This document shows positions 24,840 through 32,000 of a stretch of 32,000 nt of DNA, in pieces. The notes below the pieces were generated by a model. The model was not told the origin of the DNA. It worked only from the letters and a program-made list of their open reading frames with translations, and did no database searches. The first letter of the stretch is position 1. Each line of letters starts with the position of its first letter. The translations under genes and the position numbers were made by a program. Source of the DNA: Edaphobacter aggregans (GTDB lineage Bacteria > Acidobacteriota > Terriglobia > Terriglobales > Acidobacteriaceae); NCBI RefSeq assembly GCF_003945235.1, contig NZ_RSDW01000001.1:3990001-4022000 (forward strand). Reading direction: 5' to 3'.

Positions 24840-24863
24840 AAAAAAGGGGGAGGGGTACCCTCC
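24840..24863 (-). terminator. Weak rho-independent terminator immediately after valS
   Basis: After the TAA stop, the minus strand reads GGAGGG-TAC-CCCTCC-CCC-TTTTTT. This is a 6-bp stem with a tight 3-nt loop. Confidence 0.45.
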
Positions 24864-27626
24864 TTACTCTGGTGGCAAATCATCCAGAGCTGCCCTCGTC
24901 TTGTCATATAGAAGCTTGGTTTCGGCATACTGCTTCCGGAGCCCTTCAACGATGTGCGCCGGAGCCTTAGCCATAAAGGCCTCGTTATTTAACTGTTTAT
25001 CCGCAGCGGCAAGTCCTCTCTCAAACTTGGCAAGGTCCTTGGTCAGCCGTTCGCGTTCGGCGGCGACATCGATCTGGCGCTCGTACAGAACGGCGACGTC
25101 GAAGCCAGCGGTGGAACGCGCATTTGCGCCCGTCAGCGGCTCGCCTGAAAAAGCGACCGACTGAACCCGGGCCATCCGAGCGAGCATGTCGGCATTGGCG
25201 TCGGCCAGAGCGATAACACGATTGTCGGCATGCAGCAGGATCGGCGCCGCTTCCTTCTCGGGCACGCCGAGCTCCTTGCGTAGCGCCCGGACGGTTACGA
25301 TCAACTCCTGCAGCGTCGTCATCGCACTGACGGATGCAGCATCGGCAGGGAAGTCGCCAGCCTGAGGATAACGAGTCAGCGCAATCGACTTCGCCGGAAC
25401 AGCGTTGTCGTAGAGCGCATGCCAGATCTCCTCGGTCAGGAAGGGCATGAAGGGGCTCAGCAGCCGAAGCGCGCTCTCGAACACCCCTACGAGCGAGGCC
25501 AGCGTGATCGCAGTTACCTCGTTCTTAGGAGTAGCTTCGCCAAACTCGAGCCGCAGCTTCACCAACTCGAGATACCAGTCGCAGAACTCGCCCCAGAAGA
25601 ACTGGTAGATCGCATTGGCAGCTTCATCGAAGCGGTAAGCCGCAAGAGCACGGTCCACCTCGCCGCAAACTGCACTGAGGCGAGCCATGATCCACCGCGT
25701 CTCCAGCGGAGTCTCGGCCGGCAACTCCGGCACCACTCCGCTGTCGCGCATGGATACCTTGTACCCAGCCTCCTGCGCGCGGTCGATGTTCATGAAGAGA
25801 AACCGGGCAGCGTTCCAGATTTTGTTCGCAAACGCACGGTAGCCTTCAGTCCGCGCTTCACTGAACGCAATATCGGTCCCCGGCGAGGCCATACTCGCCA
25901 GCGTGAACCGCACAGCATCCGTGCCAAAGCGCTGAACGATATCAATCGGATCGATCACGTTGCCCTTGGTCTTCGACATCTTCTGCCGGTCGGCATCGCG
26001 CACTAGAGCGTGAATATAGACCTCGCGGAACGGCACAGCTTCGGCAAGCGTTCGCGGTGAGCCATCAGGCATAGGGACGTCGAGCATGAAGTGACAACCG
26101 AGCATGATCATGCGGGCGACCCAGAAGAACAGGATGTCGAAGCCCGTGACGAGCAGATCGGTCGGATAGAACGCAGCGAGATCCGGCGTCTGATGCGGCC
26201 AGCCGAAGACGGTGAAGGGAAGCAGCCCCGAGGAGAACCACGTATCCAGAACATCGGTCTCCTGCGTGATGCTGGCCGAGCCACAATACTCGCACTCCTC
26301 CGGAGTATCGCGCGCCACCGTAATCTTGGCGCACGAAGCACAATGCCACGCAGGGATCCGGTGCCCCCACCAGAGCTGCCGTGAGATGCACCAGTCATGG
26401 ATGTTGCGCATCCACTCGTCGTAGGTCTTACGGTATTGATCGGGAGTGAACTTGATGTAGCCCTTGTCGACCGCCTCGATGGCCTTATCGGCGAGCGGTT
26501 GAATCTTCACGAACCACTGTTGCGAGAGCCGCGGTTCGATGACCACGCCTGTCCGCTGGCTAAGGCCGATGGAGAGCGTGTGCTCCTTGACCGCAACAAG
26601 CAGTCCAAGCGCCTCAAGGTCGGCAACGATGCGCTCACGAGCCTCATACCGGTCGAGGCCATGATACGGAGAGCCCGGCAGCAGCACATGGGCCGTCTCA
26701 TCGAGGATCGCAACGTTGGGAAGATCATGCCGTTGTCCAATCGCGAAGTCATTCGGATCATGCGCTGGCGTAACCTTCACTGCGCCGGTGCCGAACTCAG
26801 GCTTAGCCCAGTCGTCGGCCAGGATCGGAATCTCGCGATCCGGCCCGCCGTTGACGCCGCTCAGCGGCAGCCGCACAAGCTTGCCCTGCACTGCGAGGTA
26901 GCGCTCATCGGTGGGATTCACGGCAACAGCCGTATCTCCCAGCATCGTCTCTGGACGAGTCGTCGCGATAACGATCGAGCCTGAGCCATCCGCCAGCGGA
27001 TAGCGTATGTGATAGATCTTGCCGACGCGCTCCTCGTGCTCGACCTCCAAGTCCGAGACGGCAGTCTGCGCGCTGGGGTCCCAGTTGACGATGTACGCCC
27101 CGCGATAGATCAGCCCCTGCTCATGCAGCCGGACAAAGGCCTCCTTCACGGCCACGCTGAGCCGGTCATCCATGGTGAAGTACTCACGGCTCCAGTCGAC
27201 GCTGGCCCCCAGCCGCTTCATCTGGTCAAGGATGGCCCCCCCATACAAACACTTCCACTTCCAAACGCGTTCAACAAAAGCGGCGCGTCCAAGCTCCTGC
27301 CGATTCGTACCCTCACTCGCAAGTTGCCGCTCGACCATCATCTGCGTAGCAATGCCCGCGTGGTCGGTGCCCGGGACCCAAAGCGATACCTCGCCGAGCA
27401 TTCTGTGCCAGCGCGTCAGGATATCCATCTCGGTCTGATTGAGCATGTGGCCCATGTGCAGCCGTCCCGTCACATTGGGGGGTGGCAGCAGCATGGTGAA
27501 CTTCTTCGTCCCGCCATCCGTATCTTCGGGCGTGGGGACGTCGAACAGGTGTTCGCGGACCCAGTAGGCGGCCCAGCGCTCTTCAATGACGGACGGATCG
27601 TATGCTTTTGGTAGTTCGTGGCTCAT
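24864..27626 (-). CDS. valS: Valine--tRNA ligase
   Basis: 920 aa. HIGH motif PPNVTGRLHMGH, KMSKS motif KMSKTKGN, class Ia editing-domain region, and a C-terminal coiled coil. Confidence 0.97.
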   Translation of the reverse strand: MSHELPKAYDPSVIEERWAAYWVREHLFDVPTPEDTDGGTKKFTMLLPPPNVTGRLHMGHMLNQTEMDILTRWHRMLGEVSLWVPGTDHAGIATQMMVERQLASEGTNRQELGRAAFVERVWKWKCLYGGAILDQMKRLGASVDWSREYFTMDDRLSVAVKEAFVRLHEQGLIYRGAYIVNWDPSAQTAVSDLEVEHEERVGKIYHIRYPLADGSGSIVIATTRPETMLGDTAVAVNPTDERYLAVQGKLVRLPLSGVNGGPDREIPILADDWAKPEFGTGAVKVTPAHDPNDFAIGQRHDLPNVAILDETAHVLLPGSPYHGLDRYEARERIVADLEALGLLVAVKEHTLSIGLSQRTGVVIEPRLSQQWFVKIQPLADKAIEAVDKGYIKFTPDQYRKTYDEWMRNIHDWCISRQLWWGHRIPAWHCASCAKITVARDTPEECEYCGSASITQETDVLDTWFSSGLLPFTVFGWPHQTPDLAAFYPTDLLVTGFDILFFWVARMIMLGCHFMLDVPMPDGSPRTLAEAVPFREVYIHALVRDADRQKMSKTKGNVIDPIDIVQRFGTDAVRFTLASMASPGTDIAFSEARTEGYRAFANKIWNAARFLFMNIDRAQEAGYKVSMRDSGVVPELPAETPLETRWIMARLSAVCGEVDRALAAYRFDEAANAIYQFFWGEFCDWYLELVKLRLEFGEATPKNEVTAITLASLVGVFESALRLLSPFMPFLTEEIWHALYDNAVPAKSIALTRYPQAGDFPADAASVSAMTTLQELIVTVRALRKELGVPEKEAAPILLHADNRVIALADANADMLARMARVQSVAFSGEPLTGANARSTAGFDVAVLYERQIDVAAERERLTKDLAKFERGLAAADKQLNNEAFMAKAPAHIVEGLRKQYAETKLLYDKTRAALDDLPPE

Positions 27627-27744
27627 CGGTACTTTAAGGGTAGCATCGGATTGGCCATTGCTTCCTTCGCCTGCGCGACATGACTACGGCCGGAGGTCTT
27701 CCGGACAACGGTTTCGCGCCGTACACTAGCTGCACGAGGGCATC

Positions 27745-28236
27745 ATGCAGAGATTGTTGCTTGCCGTTCTTTTATTGATTGCTACAATTCCGGCGTTTGC
27801 AAAGGGAGACAATGACCGCGTCAGCGTAGGTTCGGATATCACTGTCGCCGAGGGTGAGACCGTCGGCGATATCGTCTGTGCCTTCTGCTCGGTTCGTATA
27901 CACGGTGATGTGTCAGGCGATGTCGTGGCATTGCTTGGCAGCGTAACTGTCGACGCGGGACGCAGTATTCACGGCGACACGGCAATCATGGGCGGCGATC
28001 TGAACCTTGGCGAGGGATCGTCGATAGGGGGCGATGTCTCAATTATGGCCGGTGATGCGAACCTCGCGTCAGGGTCTACGATCCGCGGTTCGCAGTCGAT
28101 CTTTCCCGGGCGGTTCTGGCTGCTGCTGCCATTGCTACCTTTGCTAATTCCTATCGGAATCATCTGGTTAATTGTCTATCTAGTGAGGCGTAGGCGTTAC
28201 CGGTTCCCGGTTTATCCGCAAGGGCGTGGGATTTAA
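27745..28236 (+). CDS. Exported beta-helix repeat protein (bactofilin-like or DUF2807/DUF4097-like repeats) with CxFCSV motif and C-terminal TM anchor; paralog A
   Basis: 163 aa, GAGGG RBS. Signal peptide LLLIATIPAFA/KG. Gly/Asp-rich repeats (GDVSGDVVALLGSVTVDAGRSIHGDTAIMGGDLNLGEGSSIGGDVSIMAGDANL). C-terminal TM segment followed by RRRRYRF. Confidence 0.7.
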   Translation: MQRLLLAVLLLIATIPAFAKGDNDRVSVGSDITVAEGETVGDIVCAFCSVRIHGDVSGDVVALLGSVTVDAGRSIHGDTAIMGGDLNLGEGSSIGGDVSIMAGDANLASGSTIRGSQSIFPGRFWLLLPLLPLLIPIGIIWLIVYLVRRRRYRFPVYPQGRGI

Positions 28237-28329
28237 CCGAAACAGGCAGAACCGAGCGGATCTCGGAACCTGGACGAGCGGTTCTGCGTAGTATCTCCAG
28301 GCAGTCGCTTTAACCTTTGGGGGAAAAAC

Positions 28330-28851
28330 TTGCTAACCAGCCTGATGCGGTTTCTCGGCCTCCTGCTTCTGATCGCGCCGATCGCGTCTGCCCAGGCGCA
28401 AGGCAGTCGTATTTATTTTGGACAGGATGTTTTTGTTGCACCGGGCCAGCAGATCCATAACGCGGTATGCGTCTTCTGTTCAGTGCAGGTGGAAGGTGAT
28501 CTCACGGGCCGCGCGCTTGTACTCTTTGGCAACCTGAACGTCACTGGCCGAGTGGAGCGCGGGGCCACTGTCGTCTGGGGCAATGCCGTGGTCGACTCGC
28601 AGGCGCGCATCGGTGGCAATGCAGTTGTGCTCGGGGGCAACGCGGTCTACGAGACGGACGATTCGATCTCTGGTAGCGCCTATGTCCTGGGCGGCCATCT
28701 CTCGAAGACGGGGGTACATGCAATATCGCACCGTCGAGTTTCTGTCGGTCCGGCGGTCTTTATAGGCGTGGCCATTCTCGTGATTCTGTTGTTGTCAGTT
28801 ATCTTCTTTCCACGTGTGAGACACCGACCGACCGTGAATCAGACCACCTGA
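28330..28851 (+). CDS. Exported beta-helix repeat protein with CxFCSV motif and C-terminal TM anchor; paralog B
   Basis: 173 aa. TTG start with GGGGGA 5 nt upstream (alternative ATG 28345). Signal peptide LLLLIAPIASAQA. It aligns with paralog A over the whole core (VCVFCSVQVEGDLTGRALVLFGNLNVTG...GGNAVVLGGNAV). C-terminal TM segment followed by PRVRHRP. Confidence 0.7.
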   Translation: MLTSLMRFLGLLLLIAPIASAQAQGSRIYFGQDVFVAPGQQIHNAVCVFCSVQVEGDLTGRALVLFGNLNVTGRVERGATVVWGNAVVDSQARIGGNAVVLGGNAVYETDDSISGSAYVLGGHLSKTGVHAISHRRVSVGPAVFIGVAILVILLLSVIFFPRVRHRPTVNQTT

Positions 28852-28898
28852 ATTTCTTAAGATACTGATAGTTTCGAATCAGCTAAATAGCAAAATAA

Positions 28899-28934
28899 GA
28901 AGAGGGATGCTCCGTATAGGCAGCATCCCTCTTC
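28899..28934 (-). terminator. Rho-independent terminator (mainly for the minus-strand bamD-like gene)
   Basis: Perfect 13-bp inverted repeat GAAGAGGGATGCT / AGCATCCCTCTTC with a 10-nt loop. On the minus strand it is followed by TTATTTTG. It lies between convergent genes. Confidence 0.7.
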
Positions 28935-28954
28935 GTTCCGGTGATAACTCGAAG

Positions 28955-30661
28955 CTAGAACGGATTGAGCTTGGATAGGCCCTTCTTCTTCTTATGTTTG
29001 CTCGAAGACTCTTCGCTCTTGTCGAAGCTCGGGTTGGTTTTCTTCGCTCCAGCGGCCTGTGCAGCCGGCTGCGATCCTGCGGGAACGTCATTTACCTGAT
29101 CGGGGGCAACTGCGGGCTTTTCGATAGCAGGAATTGCAGTCGTGTTCGTTGGCCCAACCGCCTTGAGGCCACCATTGTCGCTGCTGGCTGGCTTAGCGGA
29201 GGGCGATACGATCTCGATGCCCATGGAGTTGCTGCTTCCGCTCGCAGCTGCCGGCGCAGTCGTGGCTCCAGGCACATTCGTCATCACCACTGCAGATGAG
29301 GTGCTGCCGGTTGGAGCAGCTGGAACCTCCTGCAGTTGCAGGGGAGCAGCGGGAGTTGAGGGAGATTCACTGGCCGCAGCTGTCGGAGTGTCCGTTGTGA
29401 CGGGCTTAGCAGCATCTGGAGCCGGCGCGGCGCCGGGGTTCATCGCACTATTAAAGTCCTGGGTGAGTTGTTTGGTGATCTGTGGCGCCAGCGTTGGCTT
29501 GGGATCGGCCAGTGGAGGTTCGCCATCGCGCGCTGCCATCACAACGTCGGGCTGACGCAAAATGAGCAGCTTAGCGCGATCCTTGAGAGCGTACTGCCGA
29601 CGGCTGTTCTCAAGTGCTGCGCTGGCAGCAGCCTGCTCCGGCGTAGGATTCGGAATGGGGAGATTCATCGCGGCCAGACGGTCTCGCGCATCCTCAACGT
29701 GTGCTGACGCTGAATGCTCAAGAACCACTTTGCGATAGGCATCAGCAGCTCGCTCGTCATAAATTTTTTCGAGCCTTGCTTTTGCATCCTCAGGAAGCTT
29801 CATGTTGCGGATAAACCGGGCTTCGGCCTCATAGGAGTCGCCCAGTCCCACCAGAACATCATCCATGTGGCTAAACAGGGGATAAGTATCCACCACGGTC
29901 TGATAACGAGCGATGGTGGCTGGCCAATTCTCACGCGAGGCGTAATAGGAGGCGATATCAGACTCACGGGTGGCAAGAACCTCCTGAACCTCGCGAAGTC
30001 GCTGTTTGGCCTGCGGCACGAGCGTCGACTCCGGAAACTGCTGGAGCATTAATCGGTATTCTTCCTGCGCGTGGACGGCCTTAGAGTAGTCGCGGTCTGG
30101 CTTGTCCAGCTGACGGAAGTAGATGTCACCGACACGCATCTGAGCCTCAGCAGCCTCAGGTGCATTGGGGAAGAAGGTGATGAAGTCTTTATATTCGCTT
30201 TCGGCTTGGGTCAGCGCCGCCGTGCCTCCCTCGCGATACCAGCTGTCAGCGATGGCAAGCTTGGCTTTCATCTGATACTGCGAATCCGGATAAGTATTGA
30301 GCAGCGTTTGAAGCGTGAGACGGGCAACGTCGAAGTGACCCTTCTTCGTGGCGTCGAGCGCCTTGTCGTAGAGTTGGCGGTCCGGCAACTTGGCATCGTC
30401 GGCAGTCTGCGCGTCTAGCTTCTTCTCCTTGCGCATTTGCTGCTTGGTGTCCTTGGACGGAACGACCTTGTTTTCCTTCTTCGAGGACTTGGTCGGGTTC
30501 GTAAGGGTGACGTCCTGACTCTGGCTGGCAGGAGCTGCCGCAGCCTGGGACGAATCGGTCGCCTGTGCGACTGCGGCTGCGGAGAAGGCCAGAAGACTTG
30601 CGACGGTAAGTCCGGCTACGACACCGGCCTTGAGACTTGGGAAGAAGGAACGTTCACTCAT
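28955..30661 (-). CDS. bamD: BamD-like TPR outer-membrane-protein assembly factor with long low-complexity N- and C-terminal extensions
   Basis: 568 aa. The core LYDKALDATKKGHFDVARLTLQTLLNTYPDSQYQMKAKLAIADSWY...DRDYSKAVHAQEEYRLMLQQFPESTLVPQAKQRLREVQEVLATRESDIASYYASRENWPATIARYQTVVDTYP parallels E. coli BamD (YfiO). The C-terminal roughly 210 aa are P/A/S/T-rich. Confidence 0.8.
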   Translation of the reverse strand: MSERSFFPSLKAGVVAGLTVASLLAFSAAAVAQATDSSQAAAAPASQSQDVTLTNPTKSSKKENKVVPSKDTKQQMRKEKKLDAQTADDAKLPDRQLYDKALDATKKGHFDVARLTLQTLLNTYPDSQYQMKAKLAIADSWYREGGTAALTQAESEYKDFITFFPNAPEAAEAQMRVGDIYFRQLDKPDRDYSKAVHAQEEYRLMLQQFPESTLVPQAKQRLREVQEVLATRESDIASYYASRENWPATIARYQTVVDTYPLFSHMDDVLVGLGDSYEAEARFIRNMKLPEDAKARLEKIYDERAADAYRKVVLEHSASAHVEDARDRLAAMNLPIPNPTPEQAAASAALENSRRQYALKDRAKLLILRQPDVVMAARDGEPPLADPKPTLAPQITKQLTQDFNSAMNPGAAPAPDAAKPVTTDTPTAAASESPSTPAAPLQLQEVPAAPTGSTSSAVVMTNVPGATTAPAAASGSSNSMGIEIVSPSAKPASSDNGGLKAVGPTNTTAIPAIEKPAVAPDQVNDVPAGSQPAAQAAGAKKTNPSFDKSEESSSKHKKKKGLSKLNPF

Positions 30662-30712
30662 CAGCTATAAACCCCATCGGCCTCGCGCATAACGCACAGG
30701 CTCGCCTTTATT

Positions 30713-31399
30713 CTAGTCTTTTCCTGCCACACTTGGGGCATTGACTGCCCTTGCCAGCTCCAGGAACTTACGGGCGTTTTGCTCTGCGCTGCCCGAGTGG
30801 AAGATCGCCGAGCCCGCCACGAGCATATCCGCTCCTGCTTCGACCACATCGGCGACCGTATCGTTAGCGATGCCACCGTCCACCTCAATCCGGAAGTTTA
30901 GGTCGAGCGCTTCGCGAAGTTCGGCTAGGTAGGCGATTTTATCCAGAGCCAGCGGCAGAAATTTTTGGCCGCCGAAGCCGGGATTGACACTCATTACCAG
31001 GACATGGTGCACCATTGGGAGGACTTCAATCAGGGTTTCGACCGGGGTCGCTGGATTAATTACCACTGCGGGTTGAACGCCGTGATCGGCGATGAGTTGG
31101 AGTGTGCGGTGCAAATGCCGGCAGACCTCCTGGTGCACGCTGATCATGTTTGCACCGGCCGCGGCAAATTCGGGGATGAAGGCGTCCGGATTGTCGATCA
31201 TCAGGTGGCAATCGAGTGGAAGCTTAGTGATCGGGCGCAGCGCCTGCACCATTGGTGGGCCGAAGGTGATATTTGGTACGAAATGGCCATCCATCACGTC
31301 CACGTGGACGATTGTTCCGCCTCCGCGCTCGGCTGCCGCTACTTCGTCGGCCAGATGCGCGAAGTCAGAGGCCAGTATCGAAAATGCCAGTTCTATCAA
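30713..31399 (-). CDS. rpe: Ribulose-phosphate 3-epimerase
   Basis: 228 aa, TTG start with AGGAG 7 nt upstream. Motifs SILASDF, HVDVMDGHFVPN, DCHLM, MSVNPGFGGQKF, and EVDGG. Confidence 0.95.
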   Translation of the reverse strand: MIELAFSILASDFAHLADEVAAAERGGGTIVHVDVMDGHFVPNITFGPPMVQALRPITKLPLDCHLMIDNPDAFIPEFAAAGANMISVHQEVCRHLHRTLQLIADHGVQPAVVINPATPVETLIEVLPMVHHVLVMSVNPGFGGQKFLPLALDKIAYLAELREALDLNFRIEVDGGIANDTVADVVEAGADMLVAGSAIFHSGSAEQNARKFLELARAVNAPSVAGKD

Positions 31400-31454
31400 G
31401 GGATCGCTCCTGCCTGTGAGTTTATCAGCGCAATGTGAGGATCAGGTTGCTACG

Positions 31455-32000
31455 TCACTTTCGTTTGCCAGAGCGCTTTTCCACAACGGGGACGGCGCGT
31501 TCGACGTCGGGACGGCCTTCGTGGAGGATACGTACTTTGGCCTCTTTGGCGGCCTCGCGCTGGATGTCGGGCAATTGTTTGGGTTCTCCCAGAACCATCC
31601 GGGCTGCTCCGCGCAGAATGCGGCGAATTGGCCATGTGCCGTCGGGATTTGGTAGGAAGATCTCGCCTGTTCGCTGTTTCTCGGGGCGGTAATACCAGCG
31701 GCGAAACAGGGAGAGATGGTCACTCAACAGGGCCAGGTCAGTGGATGGGGCGATTTTTGTATCGAGGCTTTCGAGAACGGTTTTGGCGCGCTCTTCTGGC
31801 GATTCAGTCGGCGTTACTGGTTCTCCCTCCAGTGGCACAGCTTGCAGCATTAGGGGCTGGGCGAACAGTGAACTGCCTACGCTGGTCTGCTCTTTGACCG
31901 CGCGTACTCCTAGTGTTGAGAGTCGTTCGGGGCCGGCAAGGCAGCCGCCTTTTAGCAGGAAAATTGCGGCTTGGTCGGCGTGTTGTCCTTCGGGGATGGC
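31455..32000 (-). CDS. Hypothetical protein, C-terminal part (the ORF stays open to the right edge of the window)
   Basis: My translation from 32000 gives AIPEGQHADQAAIFLLKGGCLAGPERLSTLGVRAVKEQTSVGSSLFAQPLMLQAVPLEG...LFRRWYYRPEKQRTGEIFLPNPDGTWPIRRILRGAARMVLG...VEKRSGKRK. There is no stop upstream of the track's Met at 31850, so that Met may be internal. I do not recognise the family. Confidence 0.5.
   Translation of the reverse strand, partial: AIPEGQHADQAAIFLLKGGCLAGPERLSTLGVRAVKEQTSVGSSLFAQPLMLQAVPLEGEPVTPTESPEERAKTVLESLDTKIAPSTDLALLSDHLSLFRRWYYRPEKQRTGEIFLPNPDGTWPIRRILRGAARMVLGEPKQLPDIQREAAKEAKVRILHEGRPDVERAVPVVEKRSGKRK

Noticed and set aside
1-32000. I looked for rRNA, tRNA, CRISPR arrays, IS elements or transposases, integrases, and phage or toxin-antitoxin modules.
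   Set aside because: I saw no regularly spaced repeats, no terminal inverted repeats flanking an ORF, and no transposase, integrase or tRNA-like sequences. Intergenic space is small and is accounted for by promoters and terminators.

Overview
This is a chromosomal, almost fully coding window with GC in the high 50s % by eye. I infer Acidobacteriota (Terriglobia-like) from the ADOP-type duplicated FtsX permeases and a 1200-aa TonB-dependent receptor with an N-terminal carboxypeptidase-regulatory-like domain. All product calls come from motif and family recognition by eye; no searches were run.

There are three blocks.

(1) 1-10.5 kb, minus strand. A tightly packed array sits behind a near-consensus sigma54 (-24/-12) promoter. 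In transcription order it encodes a HlyD/MacA-type adaptor, ABC ATPase 1, a 118-aa single-TM ORF, ADOP permease 1, ADOP permease 2, ABC ATPase 2, a TolC-family outer-membrane factor, and a receiver-domain response regulator that is truncated at the left edge.

(2) 10.7-24.1 kb, accessory and carbohydrate genes:
- an orphan DUF2235/Tle1-like hydrolase
- a SASA-type carbohydrate esterase
- a TonB-dependent receptor
- a secreted beta-helix protein co-oriented with L-fuconate dehydratase
- a GH29 alpha-L-fucosidase
- an IclR regulator, divergent from a methionine-free ACS-type MFS transporter

(3) 24.1-32 kb, housekeeping genes:
- a small membrane protein
- valS
- two tandem paralogous exported beta-helix proteins with a CxFCSV motif and a C-terminal anchor
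- an atypically long, non-lipoprotein BamD-like protein
- rpe
- an edge-truncated ORF of unknown function

I saw no rRNA, tRNA, CRISPR array, IS element or integrase. The most interesting item is the ADOP permease pair embedded in a complete adaptor/ATPase/TolC operon with a sigma54 promoter. ADOP was defined as an orphan family of unknown function, so this context stands out.
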